Source of the DNA: Nageia nagi
Lineage: Eukaryota; Plantae; Pinophyta
NCBI GenBank assembly: GCA_050084985.1
Contig: JBITNC010000001.1
Span: forward strand, 135,594,001 to 135,658,000
Direction: 5' to 3'
DNA length: 64,000 bases
Positions within the stretch are counted from its first letter, which is position 1. The number at the start of each line of letters is the position of its first letter. The notes under the pieces were generated by a model, which worked only from the letters and a program-made list of their open reading frames with translations, was not told where the DNA came from and made no database searches. The position numbers were made by a program, and so were the translations under genes. Positions 60,801 to 64,000 of this stretch are shown one piece after another.

Positions 60801-63800
60801 TAATATACGAAAGAAAAGCTTTGTGAAATATGAAACTTCTTACAGAAAGCCTTCATGTCTTTACCTTTGAAATTTGTGCCATTATCCATTATCAACCTTT
60901 ATGGTACACCAAACCTTGTAATTATGTTTTCAGTGAGGAATACAATGATTTTAGTTTGAGTGAATTTTCATTGGGATTGCTTCCACCCACTTGGTGGTGA
61001 AATCTTGTAGCTATAATAACAAATTTATGTCCCTCCCTAGAATGAGAATTAATCATACCAATCAAATCTATCCCCCAAGTAGTGCATGGACATGGAGAAA
61101 TAATAGAATTTAATTCTTGTATAGGTTGTTTCTCTAAATTTGTATATTTTTGACATTTGAAACAAGTTTTAACATGAGCCTTACAATCCTCTTCCATAGT
61201 AGTCAAATAGTATCTAATCCACAAAATTCTAGTGTGTAGTGCTTTTGATGGAAGTGACCACTATATAAACCATCATGAGATTATTATATGGAAGTAGCTA
61301 TCTCATACTATGTTAATAATATCAAAAATGCACCATCAAATGATCTCATATATAAGACTTATCCAATGATCATATATCTTATTGTAATTCTTTTCAATCT
61401 TACTCTTTCATTTCTATCAAAATAGTTAGGAAATTTTTGATTTTTCAAATACTTGTAGAGATCATCATACTAATCCTAAAAATCATTTTATTCTATAATA
61501 AGGCAAGCTTGAATCACATCCATATGATCTATATAAGAAGGAGAACTTAACTTACAAATTGTAAGGATGATCTCCTCATCTTTGATTTCAATTGGTACTA
61601 GTGTAGCTGCACTTGCCATTGCATCTGTATACCTATTATTAGTTCTTGGGATATTCTAAATAGTATGTTTATCAAATTGATCCAATAAATCAATCACTAC
61701 AAGTCTATAAGATTTTAGCTTTTCATCCTTAGTATCGAAGAGATCTTATACTTTATTGATAACAAGCTAGGAATACCCATATATCTTAATGTTCTTAATT
61801 TTCAAAATTACAATAGCTTTTAATCCTAATATCAGTGCTTCATATTTAGCCATATTGTTTGTATAATCAAAGGCAATTTTGTATGCCATGGGGATTACCT
61901 AATTGGTAAGATATACCAAAATAATACCTACTCTTGCTCTATGAGAACATTTTGAACTATCAAAGTACAACATCCAAACAGTTGGATTGTCCTCCATGAG
62001 ACATATGTACTCATCAGGGATCGAGATCTCATCAAAGTAATGTCATTAGCATCCTTTTAGTAGGTCTGCATGCTATTGGTAGCATGAGTCATCTTGATAT
62101 TCATCTAGAAATTATTTATGGACAACTACCTCTTTATCTTAAAGGAAATCTGTTATCAAATTGATGATTGCTTGGTCTTTAACAAATTTGTATTTTACCA
62201 TATTTATATTGAATTCCTGTAACAACATTAGCCACTTTGCAAGTCCACCTAATAAATTTTGCTTAGCCACAAGATATTTCAATGGCTTAACATGACTAAC
62301 AACAAATATAGTGCAATATAATAAATAATGTATTAATTTTTTAGTAGTGAAAATAATACCATAGCAAATTTTTTCCATAGGAGTGTATCTAGTTTCATAA
62401 TCAATCAATGTTTTGCTAAGGTAATATATGGCTCTTTCCTTATTTTCTATATCTTTTTGATAAAGAATTGTTCCTAGATCATATAATGTAGCTGAGATGT
62501 ATAAGTAAGCTAGTTTTGAAAAATCCATGGAGACTAGGATGGGAGGATTAAGTAAATATTGTTTAATATCCTCAAATGATTTTTGACACTTGTCATCCCA
62601 TACAAATTTGACATCCTTTTTGAGAAAATGAGTGAATGGATTACATTTATCTCCAAGTTGTGAAATGAACCTTCTAACTAAATTTATTTTACCTTGGAGG
62701 CTCCTTAATTATTTCAAATGTTTGGGTGGAGGCATACTAACAATGGCTTTGAATTTTTTAGGATCTAATTCTATTCCTCTATTAGAAAACATGAATCCTA
62801 ATAATTTACTAGAAGTAACTCCAAATGCATACTTTTGAGGTTTAAGTCTTAGATTGTACCTTAGCAAAATGGTGAATACCTCTTCAAGAAATTTTAGATG
62901 ATTTTTTTCTTGGATTTGACTAAAATATCATCAACATATACCTCTATGGTTTTGTGAATGTGCTCATGAAACATGGTTACCATTGCTCTTTGATATGTAG
63001 CTCTTACATTTTTAAGTACAAAAGCCATAATTGTCCAAAATAATTACCCCAAGGGGTAGTAAAAATTATTTTATGTTGATTAGTAGGGTTAATCAAAATT
63101 TAGTTATAACCAAAAAATCCATCAATGAATGATAATGTATCATGACCAGCTATATAATCAACAATCATATCAATATTTGGTAATGGAAAATCATCTTTTG
63201 AACAAGCATTATTAATATCATGAAAATTTGTACATACCTATATTTCACCAATTGGTTTGAAAATAGGAACAACATGAGCCATCCAATCAGAATAATCAAT
63301 AGGCCTTATGAAACCCACATTCAAATATTTATCTATCTCTTTTTTGACTAATAGAGCCTTGGAAGGATGCATATTTCTAGGTTTTAGTTTGATTGACTTG
63401 ACACCCTCTTTCAATGGTATATTGTGCATAATAAATGAGGAATCTAATCCTAGCATATAATCATAAGACCAAGAAAAATTCTTATAATGCTTAATAAACT
63501 TATTTTTGTACCTTTCTTGTTATGGAGGAGGCAGGGCTACTCCAATTTGTATTAATCTTTCATCATCCAAAGTGCCAATATTGATGTGTATCAACTCCTC
63601 TTATGGAAATGTAAGGTATTCTTTTTTTGTAGCAAGGAGGGAAATTCTTCCATGCTTGGTACTTCATCCATAGTTGTATCTAATGGCTAAACCTGTAATA
63701 CTTCATAAAAATTGATCTCTTGACCAAAATAAGCATATTCATTAAGTATATAAGTTTAATTTTTATTTTTCTTTAGATTTTAGCAATTTCAAATGTGCCC

Positions 63801-64000
63801 ACAAGTATTCAATATGATCATCATTAGTACTAAAATAATCAAACTCAATAGGTATAGAATCATAAATCTATGCATCTACATCAATATCATCCAATAACTC
63901 TATTAAATTGCATTCTTTAACAAACTTAATGGGACCCCATTTCCATTTTATTTGTCTCTCTTCACCCAAGCCTATTTTGGTCATTTGAGTCTTAGAGTTA
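57898..64000 (-). mobile_element. Second Ogre/Tat copy in inverted orientation (3' LTR 57898-58518, 3' UTR, integrase, aRH, RH, RT), continuing beyond the window
   Basis: LTR with TG...CA ends, PPT AAGAGGGGCAAA. ORFs 60215..60601, 60922..61224, 62139..62528 and 63238..63456 are colinear with 44600-48360. Confidence 0.95.
59100..59690 (-). repeat. ~190-bp tandem repeat (3 or more units) in the 3' UTR of the second Ogre/Tat copy
   Basis: GAGTGAA(C/T)TCT(C/T)ACTAG(C/T)CATG at ~59240, ~59431 and ~59622. Confidence 0.8.

Overview
Eukaryotic plant nuclear DNA, AT-rich and dense in transposable elements (TEs). Intron size and TE content suggest a large-genome gymnosperm (inference). One host gene is present: a 7-exon APC-superfamily amino-acid/GABA permease (BAT1 homolog, ~567 aa) on the + strand at 1776-38520. 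Its introns 2 (11.3 kb) and 3 (22.8 kb) are filled with TEs. As given, exon 2 has a 1-bp deletion that frameshifts an otherwise intact gene. The introns hold several non-autonomous hAT elements with 8-bp target-site duplications (TSDs), one carrying an apparent captured host-gene fragment. They also hold copia and gypsy remnants, a non-autonomous LTR element with unrecognisable internal ORFs, and an RTE/RTEX-type LINE nested in another. Downstream are an L1 LINE split by a 7.8-kb Ogre/Tat gypsy element, a convergent L1 fragment, an (AC)55 microsatellite and a second, inverted Ogre/Tat copy running off the window end. There are no prokaryotic features, CRISPR arrays, rRNA or intact tRNA genes. 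The best novelty candidates are the Pack-hAT-like element, the orphan-ORF LTR element whose exon-facing LTR lost its TATA box, and a tRNA-like hairpin mini-element. All calls are by eye; no database searches were run.
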